Shown in pieces: positions 14,893-28,629 of a DNA stretch of 64,000 nucleotides. The DNA is from the human T2T-CHM13v2.0 reference genome, Homo sapiens. The position numbers were made by a program, and so were the translations under genes. The notes below the pieces were generated by a model, which did not search any database, was not told the origin of the DNA, and saw only the letters and a list, made by a program, of their open reading frames with translations. How positions within the stretch are numbered: the stretch's first letter is position 1; every line of letters starts with the position of its first letter. The DNA lies in the NCBI RefSeq assembly GCF_009914755.1, contig NC_060927.1, one strand, 5' to 3'.

Positions 14893-16143
14893 ATTCATAC
14901 ATACATCCATCCACACTAAAAGTAATTTTAGAAAACCCATAAGAATTTTTAAATCTCCATAATGTATCAGTATAAAGCTAAACAAAAAGTAATGCTTGGA
15001 ATGTCTAATTCCTTAGGTCCTACTCAAATGGTGATAAACTTGAGTATAAAAGGAGTAGGAAGGGTTCCTTTTTGGACTCAAAAAAATAAAGTCTTACCTG
15101 AGTTTGGTTTAGATGAACTTAGAAATCACTTACCTTCTTAAATACACTGAAATTCAAAAATATCTGATAGTAATTAGTGCTGGTTTCTAAGAATTCAAAC
15201 TCCTATTATATATCTTACAGTATATAGCTATTACTAATTGAAATATTATTGCACAGCATTTTGTTTGTGAATATTTAACCTGATTAACAGAATCTGGCAC
15301 TTTTTTAAAAAATTAAGTAATTCAATACATGGCACTTACAGGACATTTCTTCAAGACATCCTACATCTCAGAAGTCTATTAAAGATACCAGATCCAACTA
15401 AATTTGTATATCTAAAAGTCACAGTAAAAACCAAAACTAGGACTTAATGTCAAAGAATTTATATCACTTTCCTTTCACATGTATTAGGTAGAAGCAATCT
15501 GTCCCTCCTAAGCAATGCTTTTGTTCCTTAGACATTTCTCTTTCTCGTTCATGTGAAATATAGCTATCAATAGGAGATCTCAAAAATAACATAAGCAGAA
15601 AACAAACTGAAGCAATATAAGGATATATACTCCTTATATATGAATGAAAATACTAATAACAGAAAAGCACCAATAATTAAAATCTTAAATTATCATTTAA
15701 TATTTGCTACAAATAATGTAAACATGTAAAAACAAATTCTGATACAAGAAAAACCATAACATTTAGTTTTTTTGGCACATCTATCTGCAAAGGAGGTGAA
15801 GATACATGTTAATGTAAGAAAATATTCCTTTCAAATTGACATACTAATAAGCATAACAGAATTTTGAAGTGATAAGGACTCAAAAATAAAGATGTAAGAT
15901 GAAAACTTTCATGCTTAACTGTATTGAAGTATCAACTTATTCTACCATAATTGCCTTGGAGAAATTCCAAATTATATTAATAATTGTTCAACTTCAAGGT
16001 ACTTAATGCTACACAGAAATGGCAAAATGCGTATGTTTTTAAATCTGTATAAATTATTATGCATCAATGAAAGTATTTTTTAAAACAAATGATTTAATCT
16101 CCAAAAAGCACATCTAAAAATCCCTTCCACTTACTAGAGTTAC

Positions 16144-17348
16144 CTTGCAAACATCTTCCTTCTCAGAAAGTGCTTCTGGCTGACTTTCAGCAGGTTCACA
16201 CTGCTCAGCCACCTTGTCTAACACAGTCTGTCCTTCATTTATTGGTGTAGAAGAAACCAAGATATCAGGCTGTTCACAGTTAACAGGAGTTGCACTTCGT
16301 CCACTTTCTTCCATTTCTGCTTCCTCAGTGGGTATAACTAATGTTTCATTTACTTCTTCAGATTTTCCTTCAGCAGATTCAACTGTTTTAGACTTTGGAG
16401 TTGAAGAATTAACTATAATAGGCACTAAAGCATATCCCTTGCCTGACAATTCATCATCTGAATTGATTTCACTTACACTCCGGCTATCTAATGACTGTAC
16501 ACTAAATGAGTCTATTCTTTCAAAAGCATCAGATGAACAGCAACTCTCAGTGAGTTTTTGGAAATCATCTAAACGATTATATTCAGGACAAGCAGATGCA
16601 GAGAGAAGCTGAAAAGATGTCTGCATCAAGTGAAGACTTGATTTTGAATCTGTAGTCTCTTGTCTCGAGCTCGCTGAGCTCTCACTTATTACACTTTCAT
16701 GATCTAAAACTTCAATATCACTGGTGGTAGAAGTACCTGATGAAAAGGTACTAACAGGAGGAGAAGGTGTATTGCTCTGCCTGTCTTCATGTTTTTGTTC
16801 CTTAGGTTCCAAAGCTATGTCCTTTGTTTCTGCTGTGAGAGACTGCGTAGACGTATTAGATATACTTTCCATAGTTGTTTTCACATCAATTACACTTTCA
16901 GATACTTTCAAACTTACAGTTGGCACCTTCATATCCGATTCTTTATTAACAGTTTCTTCGTGCTTGCCTTCAGTTTTAGGTGATGAAGTACCTGCTGCCA
17001 GAGTTTCCCCTGAAACACACAAAGAAGAGTCTTTTACTTGTGATTCAGTTGTTTCAGGAGTTCTTGACTGGCCAATGTGCAAGGATTCATGTAAGCTGCT
17101 TTTCACTTCTTCTTCTGGTCGTTGTGATTTTGCTGGAGGTTTTGATACCACTGGACTCTTCTGAATGGTCTGGACATCAGTTGGCGAGAGAAAGGCACTG
17201 AAGAAATTTTCAGATTCATCGACCACAGTCCTCCGAACTGGCTTTGTGATTGCTTTAGGAGAGGCTATTGGTGGACTCTGAGGTTCAGTGTTTGATTTCA
17301 ACCCCCAGGTTGAAGTATCCCATCCTCCACTGACAGGGGAACTTATTC
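16144..17348 (-). CDS. TMF1: TMF1 exon 2 (1205 nt, S/T/E-rich region)
   Basis: Within the 422-aa ORF 16114-17382; acceptor ttaaag|GAATA, donor AAG|gtaact; cumulative CDS 1347 nt, in phase. Confidence 0.97.
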
Positions 17349-17743
17349 CTTTAACAAAAAAGTAAATATTAAAAAAGAACACATATATGTTACATTAATA
17401 TTTCAATCATCATTATAAATCAGTATAAATATAAATTTAGAAAAAATACCCTATGAAATACCTGTAATTTGCACCTGCTAAACTCCTTGCTTACTACATC
17501 ATTAAGTAGTTTCCAAGTTAATACAGGGACTTACGGAAGAAAACTGGTGTGGGTCCACCTGAGAGGAAGGAGGAGCACAGACAAAAGACTGGGCCTGGCC
17601 TGGACTACCAGATGCGAGTATGTTATTCCTCCCCACAACAAATTAAGGAAGTAACAGTATATGTTTTATAACCCACAGTAAGTCCAAGATACCTATGATT
17701 CATCTCATAATAACACGCTTTACTTATCAATATGAAATAAACT

Positions 17744-17821
17744 AATATGGAACTAACTGAATAGGTTGGGCCATGTGCAGTCACAGAAAAATGACCCTAC
17801 CTATTCAGTCAGTTTCATATT
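17744..17821 (-). ncRNA. MIR3136: miRNA precursor hairpin mir-3136 in TMF1 intron 1 (5p arm CUGACUGAAUAGGUAGGGUCAUU, about 17790-17812)
   Basis: 78-nt near-perfect inverted repeat (aatatggaactaactgaataggttgggccat ... atgaccctacctattcagtcagtttcatatt); identity as mir-3136 is from memory; same strand as host. Confidence 0.85.
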
Positions 17822-17889
17822 AATTTTTACTTGTAATATCAGTAATATAGTTATGAGCTAGACAAAGGGCAACACTCAAAAACTGAACT

Positions 17890-18180
17890 CAGTGGGTATG
17901 GAGGTTCACACCTATAATCCCAACACTAGAAGAGTCATTTGAGTCCAGGAGTTCAAGACAAGCCTGGGCAACATAGTGAGACCCCTGTCCCTACAAAAAA
18001 ATTTTTTTAATTAGCTGGGCCTGGTGGCCCACATATGTGGTCCCAGCTACTCAGGAGGCTGAGGTGGGAGGATCATCTGAGCCCAGGAGGTGGAAGCTGC
18101 AGTGAGCCATGATCAAACCACTGCACTTCAGCCTGGGTGACAGATCGAGAACCTGTCTCGAAAACAAACAAAACAACAAA
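17890..18180 (+). mobile_element. AluJ-like
   Basis: Diverged Alu consensus. Confidence 0.85.
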
Positions 18181-18763
18181 AGCCTCAAACCAAGATAATG
18201 GTGACAAATGTTCTTTCCCGAAGATCATATTAAACTGATGGGAATGGTAAGTTCTAGAGAACAAATTCATTTTCATCCACTTAATCACAGGCTGATTCTC
18301 TAAATCCCACTCTCCAAGCCCACTCTAAGAGGAAGTTTTGTTCTCAAATTCTAAATTATGTCAGAAATTACAAGGTCATTATAAATTTCAGAAATGTGTG
18401 TTTTTTTAAGAACTATTGCTCTTTGACATAGAGGTGGTTGACACTAGGGTTTTTAAAAAAGCGCTACAAAGAAAATGACTGTTTTCTTGGGGAAAAAGTT
18501 AATTATCATATCAGTCATACAAATAGCTACTACTAAAATCCTGATTTTTAAAAATGGCATAATCAGGATCTTACAAATGGTATATTCGTTAAAGTATTTA
18601 AAGCATTTCTTTAAAAATGTTTTCTTTTTCAAATTAAAATGTGGCTGAACAAAATATTCACAAAATATTCACAATTAGAAGTTGGTGGAGAGAGCACAAG
18701 TAACTAAAAGCTTCTAAAAACTATCAAGCCTTATAGTAGAATCTATCCTTTAATATGACTTCA

Positions 18764-19070
18764 GGCCAGGCGCAGTGGCTCACGCTTGTAATCTCAGCAC
18801 TTTGGGAGGCCGAGGCGGGCGGACCACCTGAGGTCAGGAGTTCAAGACCAGCCTGGCCAACATGGTAAAACCCTGTCTCTACTAAAATTACAAAAATTAG
18901 GCAGGTGTGGTGACGCAAACCTGCAATCCCAGCTACTCGGGAGGTTGAGGCACGAGAATCACTTGAGCTCAGGAGACAGAATCTGCAGTGAACAGAGATG
19001 GCACCACTGCACTCCAGCCTGGATGACAGAGTGAGACTGTGTCTCAAAAAAAAAAAAAACAAAAAAACAA
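18764..19070 (+). mobile_element. AluS, TSD tatgacttca
   Basis: Alu consensus, poly-A/(TA)n tail. Confidence 0.93.
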
Positions 19071-19905
19071 ATATATATATATGTAAATATATGTATGACT
19101 TCAAAGGCAGTTAGGATGAAAAGTATGTAGAAAACTTCAGTTTGGAGGCATAGTTCTACACATTCATTTGCACAATATCCAAACCAGAGAAAATCAAAAT
19201 TAAATATGCAAATGAACAACCAAGATTATGTCTGATTAATTTAAATACATTCAAAAGATGACAGGAATTAATTTTGCCTCTTGGAGAATACTTTATATAA
19301 TCCCAGGGTTATTTGGTATCCATCTAAATTATACCATTCTGAAGACTATGGGCATTTTCCGAAAACAAATATCCTTATATGTAAAACCTATATTCTATCT
19401 TATCTAAAGTTTAGTAATTCTAATTAACTGGGGCACATATGAAAAAACAGAGTTACTCCAGCAAGGTTATATGACATCTTGTAAAAAGTAAAGAGGATCA
19501 TCACATACACACATGGACCAAAATATCTTAAACTGAGGTACCTCAAATTTAGGTCCTGACTTTTCAATGATGTAAAATTAAGAACAGAAACCAGAAAGGA
19601 GTAGTCAAGTACATCTCTTATCCTTTTTCACACAAAGGTTCACATCCCCCAACACCAGCAAATCTTTACCCCACACATCAAATGCTGAACTGTTCCTTAG
19701 ACTTAAGAGTCAAAAGCAACTGAATGAAGATCCCTGAAAGATTAAGCTCAATGAAACTGCAAAGAGAGACTTGGCTATTCAGAAATAAAATGTGATACCA
19801 TCCAGAAATCTTGGGTCACACATTTTCCGGCTAATACCTCCGGCACATTCTAATCCTCCTCCGCCGTGTGACCTAGAGCAAGTTACTTGGCCATTCTGGG
19901 CCTCA

Positions 19906-21300
<1,395 letters not shown>

Positions 21301-21606
21301 AAGGAATATTCAAGTTTTCGTGTGTGTGCTTTCCAGGAAAATAGTTCACGTGCTAAAAGCTTGCACCTTGCCAGCAATAATTGCAAAGGGAAATTGGGCC
21401 TCACACTTCTCTTAGCCCTTTGTCTCAAATATTTAATAAGCTCTGTATTAACTTGGTATTGTAAGGAGAAACACTTGTTTGGGCTTGCCTAAAAGACAGG
21501 ATCACGTATGAACACTGTGTCCAACTCGTGGAACACATGGTGCATAAAGCACAACCTCTCTCTCAAAATAGTAGTAAACTCATTGCTGCAGTCAAAATAC
21601 CCCTAA

Positions 21607-21937
21607 TACTGTGGTCTGTCGGTGTCCCCTGCACAAATTCCTATGTTGAAACCTAATCTCCAATGGGACAGTATTAAGGGGAGCCTTTAGGAGATGATTA
21701 GATGATGATGGAGCCCTCATAAATGGGGTTAGTGCCCTTATAAGAGAGGCCCAAGGGAGCTCACGGCAAGAAGGCACCAACTCTAAGCCAGAATAGCAGC
21801 CCTCACCAGACACCAAATCTGCCGGCTCCTTATCTTGGACTTCTCAGCCTCTAGAACTGTTAAGAAACAAATTGCTACTGCTTATAAGCCACCCAGTTTA
21901 TGGCAATTTGTTACAGCAGTCCAAATGGACTAAGACA
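21607..21937 (+). mobile_element. ERVL-MaLR solo LTR (MLT1A-like)
   Basis: aaattcctatgttgaaacctaa ... ttagtgcccttataagaga ... ggacttctcagcctctagaactgt ... ggactaagaca. Confidence 0.8.
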
Positions 21938-23019
21938 CCTAGGAAGCACTAAAGCTGTTATCCTAACAATGTGCACTGTGCATATTACTTAAAACATAAC
22001 CTTTTCTGTGTGCATTCTCTTCGAACATTTGGACATGGGAAAATACCTTAAATTGGTGGCCTTCCTAATCCAGTCTGCAGCTATATTTGGTTTGGGCCCA
22101 AGTTAAAGACAAAATCCTAACTAAAAGCCAGATTTCATTCAAAAATCTAGATTTCCAGCTGCTTTTGAAAAATATGAATACCAAGCATGGGAATAGTCAG
22201 CCAGAGTGGTCACCAAATAATTTTCACTCACTCCAGTTTGCCACAGACCCCTATCACTCATCCTATTACACCCTCCCTGCTGTGATTATTTACCTTATAT
22301 GCCTGCCTCCCATATTTGAATATTTTACCCCACTGCAAGGAACTCTGCAAAAAAGAATTATTTTTCTTTTAAAAAATCAGATTGAACCCCTTAAGAAGTT
22401 ATAATCATCTTCCAATAATTTTATCTAACTACAGTAAAAACTTGCATGTTAAAACTAACAATTTAGTCATGTACACAAGTAGTACCAAGTAACTCAAGTA
22501 CTTTCAAACAGCTAAGTAGTCTGCAGAGGAGATTTGGGGCAGATTCGGGTTGAAATTAGCTGTACAGTTACAGTTCCAAGACTTCTAATTGTACAGCTTT
22601 GGTGAAATGACCTACCTAAACCATCTAAAACTATCTATTCAGCTCTCAGATAGAGTCACCTTCTTACAATGCTACTTTGAGAATTATTATAGCACCTATA
22701 TGGTGCTAAATTTTAGTTCCTTCACTTTCAAAATTGTAAGCTACACCTGTAACTTTTCAGGTAGAGCTTATAAATTTATTCCGTATGGTTTTATAATAAA
22801 ACTTATTTGTCAATATGTAGCTAGAAAGATTACTGAAAACTTAACTCAGTGACACATAAGTAACCAAAAAACATTTGAACAGAAAACTGCCGTATCTAAG
22901 TCAAAAACAAAGAATGAGAACACATACGTGTTCTCATATTAAAATACTAGCACCTACTTTTTTAGTATTTGTACTTAATTTTGTTTGAAGTTTTATTCAC
23001 TTAAAAGAAACAAAAACAT

Positions 23020-23335
<316 letters not shown>

Positions 23336-23531
23336 TATATTGATACAGAAAGTTAAATTAAACCAGTAAATTTTTACTATAGAAATTGCTGTAGCAAAAG
23401 TATTAAGTGCAATAAAAATTTGATATAACTCTGCTACACATTTAAAAATTATTCCTATATTACCATGGAACTACTGATTACCCTTAATGTACTTTTAAAA
23501 ACTTCAGTGAAAGAAGTACACAATATATGAT

Positions 23532-23537
23532 TTTATT
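23532..23537 (-). terminator. Probable UBA3 polyadenylation signal AATAAA (3'UTR about 0.7 kb); a more proximal AATAAA lies at 23852-23857
   Basis: tttatt on + strand downstream of the stop, in AT-rich UTR-like sequence. Confidence 0.65.
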
Positions 23538-24223
23538 AATAAATAGTGCAAAAGCATCAGTGATAACTGTTTGAACATTAAATTTTTTAAACAGCCATGT
23601 CTTGGCATTAGTTAATATTGTGCATATTGGCCTCTATGGCACTACAAGTAAACAGATGAAAATATTGCCCATTTTCATGCACAGGTATTCAGCTATAACA
23701 CCATTTACAAATCATTATGAACAAGATAAATTCTGCAATAATATTCATTTGGATGGCCACAATTAAATGAGTGTTATATCAAGAAATAGCCTATGTTCAA
23801 TATACTCCAGATGTCAGATTGTAAAATGTAATGTTATTTAAAACTTAATTCTTTATTTTCCTTAAAGGGACACCTTTTGTGTATTTGGGTACTCAAATGA
23901 AAACTTAGGAATGCATTCTTTGACCATAATAACAAAATTCACACAAAAGAGGTTGTATGCTTCCTCCTCTAAAAGAAGCAATACATTTGCTCATAATCTC
24001 TCTCTCCAGGTATCATTTCTCATATTATTAATGAAAATGCTTACAAGCACCAACACCAAAATTCTGTCTTCAAGGGAAGGTTACAAAGTTAAAAAAGAGT
24101 GGTTCATTATATAAAAAAAGACAAATCGTGGCAACACTATTGCTAAAAATGACATCGATTCAACTTCTTAGCATCCACAAAGTATATTATTTCCATGAGT
24201 TTTCTATTATGTGGAGATTTTCC

Positions 24224-24312
24224 TTAAGAAGTAAAATGAAGTTTGAATAGTACAGTCTGTGGGGTGGTGACATCAGCAACCGCCAGTTCTTGTCCATCAA
24301 CAAGCCCCAATT
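24224..24312 (-). CDS. UBA3: UBA3 exon 18 coding part (89 nt; [29 protein letters not shown]-stop)
   Basis: ttag|AATTGG ... TAA at 24224-24226; exon sum 1392 nt = 463 aa + stop. Confidence 0.96.
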
Positions 24313-24637
24313 CTAAAACAGAAAAAATATAATTAATACAAGCAAAAAAAACTCAACAGAAAGGATAATACACATGTAAACAAACTATAGAGTATTACGG
24401 TCTAGAAAAACATCAAAATCCAATCCTCTTTAATCAAAGTAATATTTGATTTCTTAGAGATTTTAAAATATTCTACTAAAAGAGCAATTAATTCTATTAA
24501 TATGTCTAAAGTTGTAAGTAATTATTACCTGACCATATACAAGGCATTAAGAGGAAATCTAGAACAAGCACTGATTACTTTCACCAAAAAGAGAGAAAAG
24601 AAAGAAAATGATTAGTAAATACCCTTATGTAAAATAC

Positions 24638-24692
24638 CTTTCAATGTTTTGGAGAGATTTGGCCTTGTTCGTTCTTCAATAGAGGTTACCGA
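24638..24692 (-). CDS. UBA3: UBA3 exon 17 (55 nt; SVTSIEERTRPNLSKTLK)
   Basis: ctag|TCGGTA ... AAAG|gtattt. Confidence 0.94.
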
Positions 24693-24786
24693 CTAGAAAA
24701 CAAAATTACTTTAATGTAAGACACATTAAAGTAAAATAAAACTTGATATAATTTTCTGAAAAAAATTTAAAATACACATTGATAAC

Positions 24787-24850
24787 CTGTAAGTAAAGTG
24801 TTCTATTTTTTCCCTCTAGGGTGGCTGTGATGGCTGGAGATTTCATTTGC
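24787..24850 (-). CDS. UBA3: UBA3 exon 16 (64 nt; QMKSPAITATLEGKNRTLYLQ)
   Basis: ttag|GCAAAT ... CAG|gttatc. Confidence 0.94.
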
Positions 24851-24969
24851 CTAAAGATTATGATGAGAGAGAAGTATCAAACATAATTTTTATCAAAAGA
24901 TAATTTTTTTAAGGTTTCAAAAATCACAAAAATGATTTTTACAACATAACAAAAATCTACAATACTTAC

Positions 24970-25070
24970 AGAGAAGCACTATTGGTTAGATAATCCAAAA
25001 CCTCCTGTAGTTTAGCTGATGGAGAAAACTGAATATTTTGAGGAAGCTGGCTACAAGCTGGGCAGTTTTC
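24970..25070 (-). CDS. UBA3: UBA3 exon 15 (101 nt; [33 protein letters not shown], second CxxC)
   Basis: gtag|GAAAAC ... CTCT|gtaagt. Confidence 0.95.
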
Positions 25071-25398
25071 CTACACACATAATACACAACAAATTACAGC
25101 AGCACATGCACCAATATTAGTCTCTTTTATGAACAATAAAATAAAAATCAGGTTGTTTTATAATCATGCATATTTCCTATAAAAAAATTTTTATGCTTTA
25201 AAGCCTGCTTTTCATAATAGACCATTTCTTGTAAATTACTTCGCTATAGAGTTATTTCAGGCTATAAAGCAAAAGATATATAATAAGTAGAGTTCTGGAA
25301 GTTAGAAAATGTATGGGTGACTTTGTTCAAATTTCTAACCAATAATATTTAAAAATCAAAATATGCATGATCAAAAATGTGTTCTTAATACTACTAAC

Positions 25399-25480
25399 CT
25401 TTCTTTCTGCTTCAAATGTGTATGTATACAGCCCATCTACATCATTAAACACCAAGTAATTATTCAAGGGAATGTATGCA
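25399..25480 (-). CDS. UBA3: UBA3 exon 14 (82 nt; [27 protein letters not shown])
   Basis: acag|TGCATA ... AAG|gttagt. Confidence 0.95.
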
Positions 25481-25565
25481 CTGTAATGAAAAAATGTTCA
25501 TCTTTATATAATTAAACCAAGTCAAAACATAAATTTACATGCATATTAAAAATGAAACCTATTAC

Positions 25566-25602
25566 CTTGTGGCTATTTTAAAAACCTCAGTGGCACACAC
25601 AG
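25566..25602 (-). CDS. UBA3: UBA3 exon 13 (37 nt; AVCATEVFKIAT)
   Basis: tcag|CTGTG ... CAAG|gtaat. Confidence 0.94.
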
Positions 25603-26043
25603 CTGAAGGGAGGAGAAAATACAGGTGCTTTAACTCAATGGAAATTAGGCATGTTAAAAGTCAGTTATAAATCAGAACAGATAAATTTACATTGGCTCTT
25701 CATTAAAAAATACATATTCCAATTTTTAAAAACTGAGACAGTAACAAATTTTACATTTGTTTTGTGTGATTCATGTAATAGAGTAACACTACATGTTTTT
25801 CTTGTTTATCAGATTAATAAATGACCTGCTTCATATGGAACTAAAACGTCTCTTTACTGCAGGTAACTTAAGACATAATGTAAGACAAAAAATATGCAAA
25901 GTCTAATAACTGGTTCTTTTTCGACAGCTTAGTTACACAATGCATCCAAGAAGATATCAAATTCCTACAACACAAAAAAGCTGCAGCAACGTCAAAAACT
26001 AAAGAAAGCAAAATAAACTAAGTGATGGCCTTTTCTTCCTCAC

Positions 26044-26097
26044 CTGCAATGACTGCATTTGTGGAAGCTACTGCAGGAATGATTCTTTTTACTACCC
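26044..26097 (-). CDS. UBA3: UBA3 exon 12 (54 nt; GVVKRIIPAVASTNAVIA)
   Basis: E1 IIPA.A.TN motif; tcag|GGGTAG ... GCAG|gtgagg. Confidence 0.96.
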
Positions 26098-26339
26098 CTG
26101 AAAAAACATATCAATTAAAATATGGTCATTTCTTTAAAATAAAAGAGTTCTCTTAAATTAGAAGGCATGATTATTAAATACCATTTTCTAAAACTTGATT
26201 TTTCAGACTTTCAAGCCAGAAAATAAATTTAACCATGAAACAATCTTTCACATCCCCATCACTTTGTAGTAAATTCAGAATCTTAAGCTACAGTAGCAAA
26301 GAAAACTCTCTCAAGTAAGTGCTATAGAAAGGTGAAACA

Positions 26340-26560
26340 ATAACATCATAATAGTTAACAATTTAGAGTATTATGTTCCAGGCACAATGTAAAGACTAAA
26401 TATTATTTAATTTTCACAACATCTTCATGTTAATTACTCTGATTTTAAACATAAGAAAAGTGAGACTGAGAGAAATTTAGTAATTTATCCACAGCTATAT
26501 ACTTAGCAAGAGGTGGGGTTGGCATATGAACACAGATATTAACTGATACACCATGAAGAA
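26340..26560 (-). mobile_element. MIR fragment
   Basis: gaaaagtgagactgagagaaatttagtaatttatccaca, MIR core-like. Confidence 0.55.
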
Positions 26561-26706
26561 TAAGTGTTATCTAATTATTCCTGTAACAGCTTCAGTCACT
26601 TGATTCACAAACATTCAAAAAAAAGAAAAGCTGCCCTTTATTATCTTTTACTCTACAACCGAGGCTACACAAAATATTAAATACAGTTCTCTACTTCAAC
26701 CCCACA

Positions 26707-26991
26707 TTTTTCTTTTTTTTTTTTTTTTTTTTTGAGACAGAGTCTCGCTCTGTCGCCCAGGCTGGAGTGCAGTGTCGTGATCTGATCTCGGCTCACTGCA
26801 AGCTCCGCCTTCTGGGTTCACGCCATTCTCCTGCCTCAGCCTCCCAAGTAGCTGGGACTACAGGGGCCCGCCACCACGCCTGGCTAATTTTTTGTATTTT
26901 TAGTAGAGATGGGGTTTCACCGTGTTAGCCAGGATGGTCTCGATCTCCTGACCTCGTGATCCGCCCGCCCTGGCCTCCCAAAGTGCTGGGA
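26707..26991 (-). mobile_element. AluY, slightly 5'-truncated, TSD cacatttttc
   Basis: AluY diagnostics (gcaagctccgcc, gttagccaggatggtctcgatctcctgacctcgtg). Confidence 0.93.
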
Positions 26992-27769
26992 CTCACATTT
27001 TTCACATCAGTATTATTCACATATTAGGAATAAACAAAGCCTCACCTTAAACCATTTTTTAAAAGTACAAAATAAATACTCCATTTTATAACTATATTTG
27101 AATTGTTCATTTTAGAAGACAAAAACTTCAAGAAAAAGTAGCCATTTTATCTCACAGTGTGAGGAAACACTGTAAGATGTGTTCCCAAGACTCCAAGTAT
27201 AGTCAGGTTTCAAAAACTTAAGGAAAAACAGCAAGTAGCTAAGAAGACATGAAAGAAAGACAGTTACGAAGGCTGGAAAGCTTTTTTAAAAAGTTGACTG
27301 TGACCATATGATTCTCTATAGTTTTGGAGAAGAGGAAATTTAAAAAGAGATAAACTGCATGATGGTTAAACTGGAAGCTCTCCACTGAACCACATGTAGC
27401 AGGATGTACTGAAAGGAGGAAGTGGTAGACACAAACAGTGAAGCGTGTAAGAGACACTGCCCAGTAAGAACATTGCCAAAATGATGAGGACTCCCCTCTT
27501 TCTCCAACCCCTGCCACCCATACCCCTGCCCTTCGACCAAAAAAAGCTAGAGTGGGCAGAAAGGCAACTTTCTGTTATACTGAGAACAAGGGGAAAAATC
27601 ATAGAATAGATAGAACCACTGGCTTGTGCAACTTCACTTCCAATTCTCCTTCTGTACTCCTTGTTGAGGCCCTCATTCACCAGCCTAGAAAGTACACACC
27701 AAGCCCTGGTAAAAGGTAAAGAAGGATGGATGAGACTACATATTAAAATGGGGAGTTTACAGTTTCTGG

Positions 27770-28460
27770 TTAGAACACACTGAATTCGTTTGTTAATTCT
27801 AACAATTAGCAAATATGTGTAACACATGCTCCAGACACTGTTCTAGGTGTTGTGCATAGTAACAATGAAAAAAAGTATCTGCTCGTATAGTGATTTCATT
27901 TTGATAGGGGAGATAACACAAAAGTAAATACTTGGAACACCTCAGATATTGAAGTGTTCTATGAAGAAAATGAGGTATGTGTTAGACTGAGAATGATGGA
28001 TGCAGTCCATTAGAGAGAATGGTCAGGGAAGGCCTCCTTGGAGAGGTGATAACTTGAGCTGAAACCTAAGCCATGAGAGAGATCCAGCCATGCAATTACC
28101 TGAAGAAAAAGCTGTTTGTAAACAGCAATGGCAATGGTCCTGGTCCTGGGGCAAGGATGTAAGATAGTTTAAGTGTGAAATATTCTTTGCATAGGAGAAT
28201 GAGGCTACCATTAATCAGTTCTGAGCAATTACCAAAAAAAATAGAATGGTGAATGGCTCAGAAGTCATTTTAGGTTGAATGATTAGGAAAACTGGTTAAG
28301 CAGACACCTAAGAGATGAGGAGCCAGCCTGAGGGGATCCAAGGAAACACCATCCCCGGCGTAGGAACTCGGGAGTATTAAAGCTCTAAGGTACAGAAGAA
28401 CTTGGTGTGTTCAAGGAACACAAAGCAGGTCCGTGTAGGGAGAATGCAGAGGGCAACAAG
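27770..28460 (-). mobile_element. L2 fragments
   Basis: ccagacactgttctaggtg ... tcagggaaggcctc ... ttgagctgaaacct, typical antisense L2 3' end. Confidence 0.6.
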
Positions 28461-28629
28461 GAGTAAGTATAAATGGAATTTTAAAATGACATTACTAGAT
28501 CAGTAAATGTAAGGAAATAATCACAGGAGAGAAATGGCAGATTTTCAAAAAGAAGACAAAGCTCATTCTGGTGAACCTGGTAATGATCTTGGGCAAAATT
28601 CTAAAAAAGGAAACTATAACTAGATTGGA

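Noticed and set aside
16214-17164. 132-aa and 146-aa + strand ORFs
   Set aside because: Antisense shadows of TMF1 exon 2
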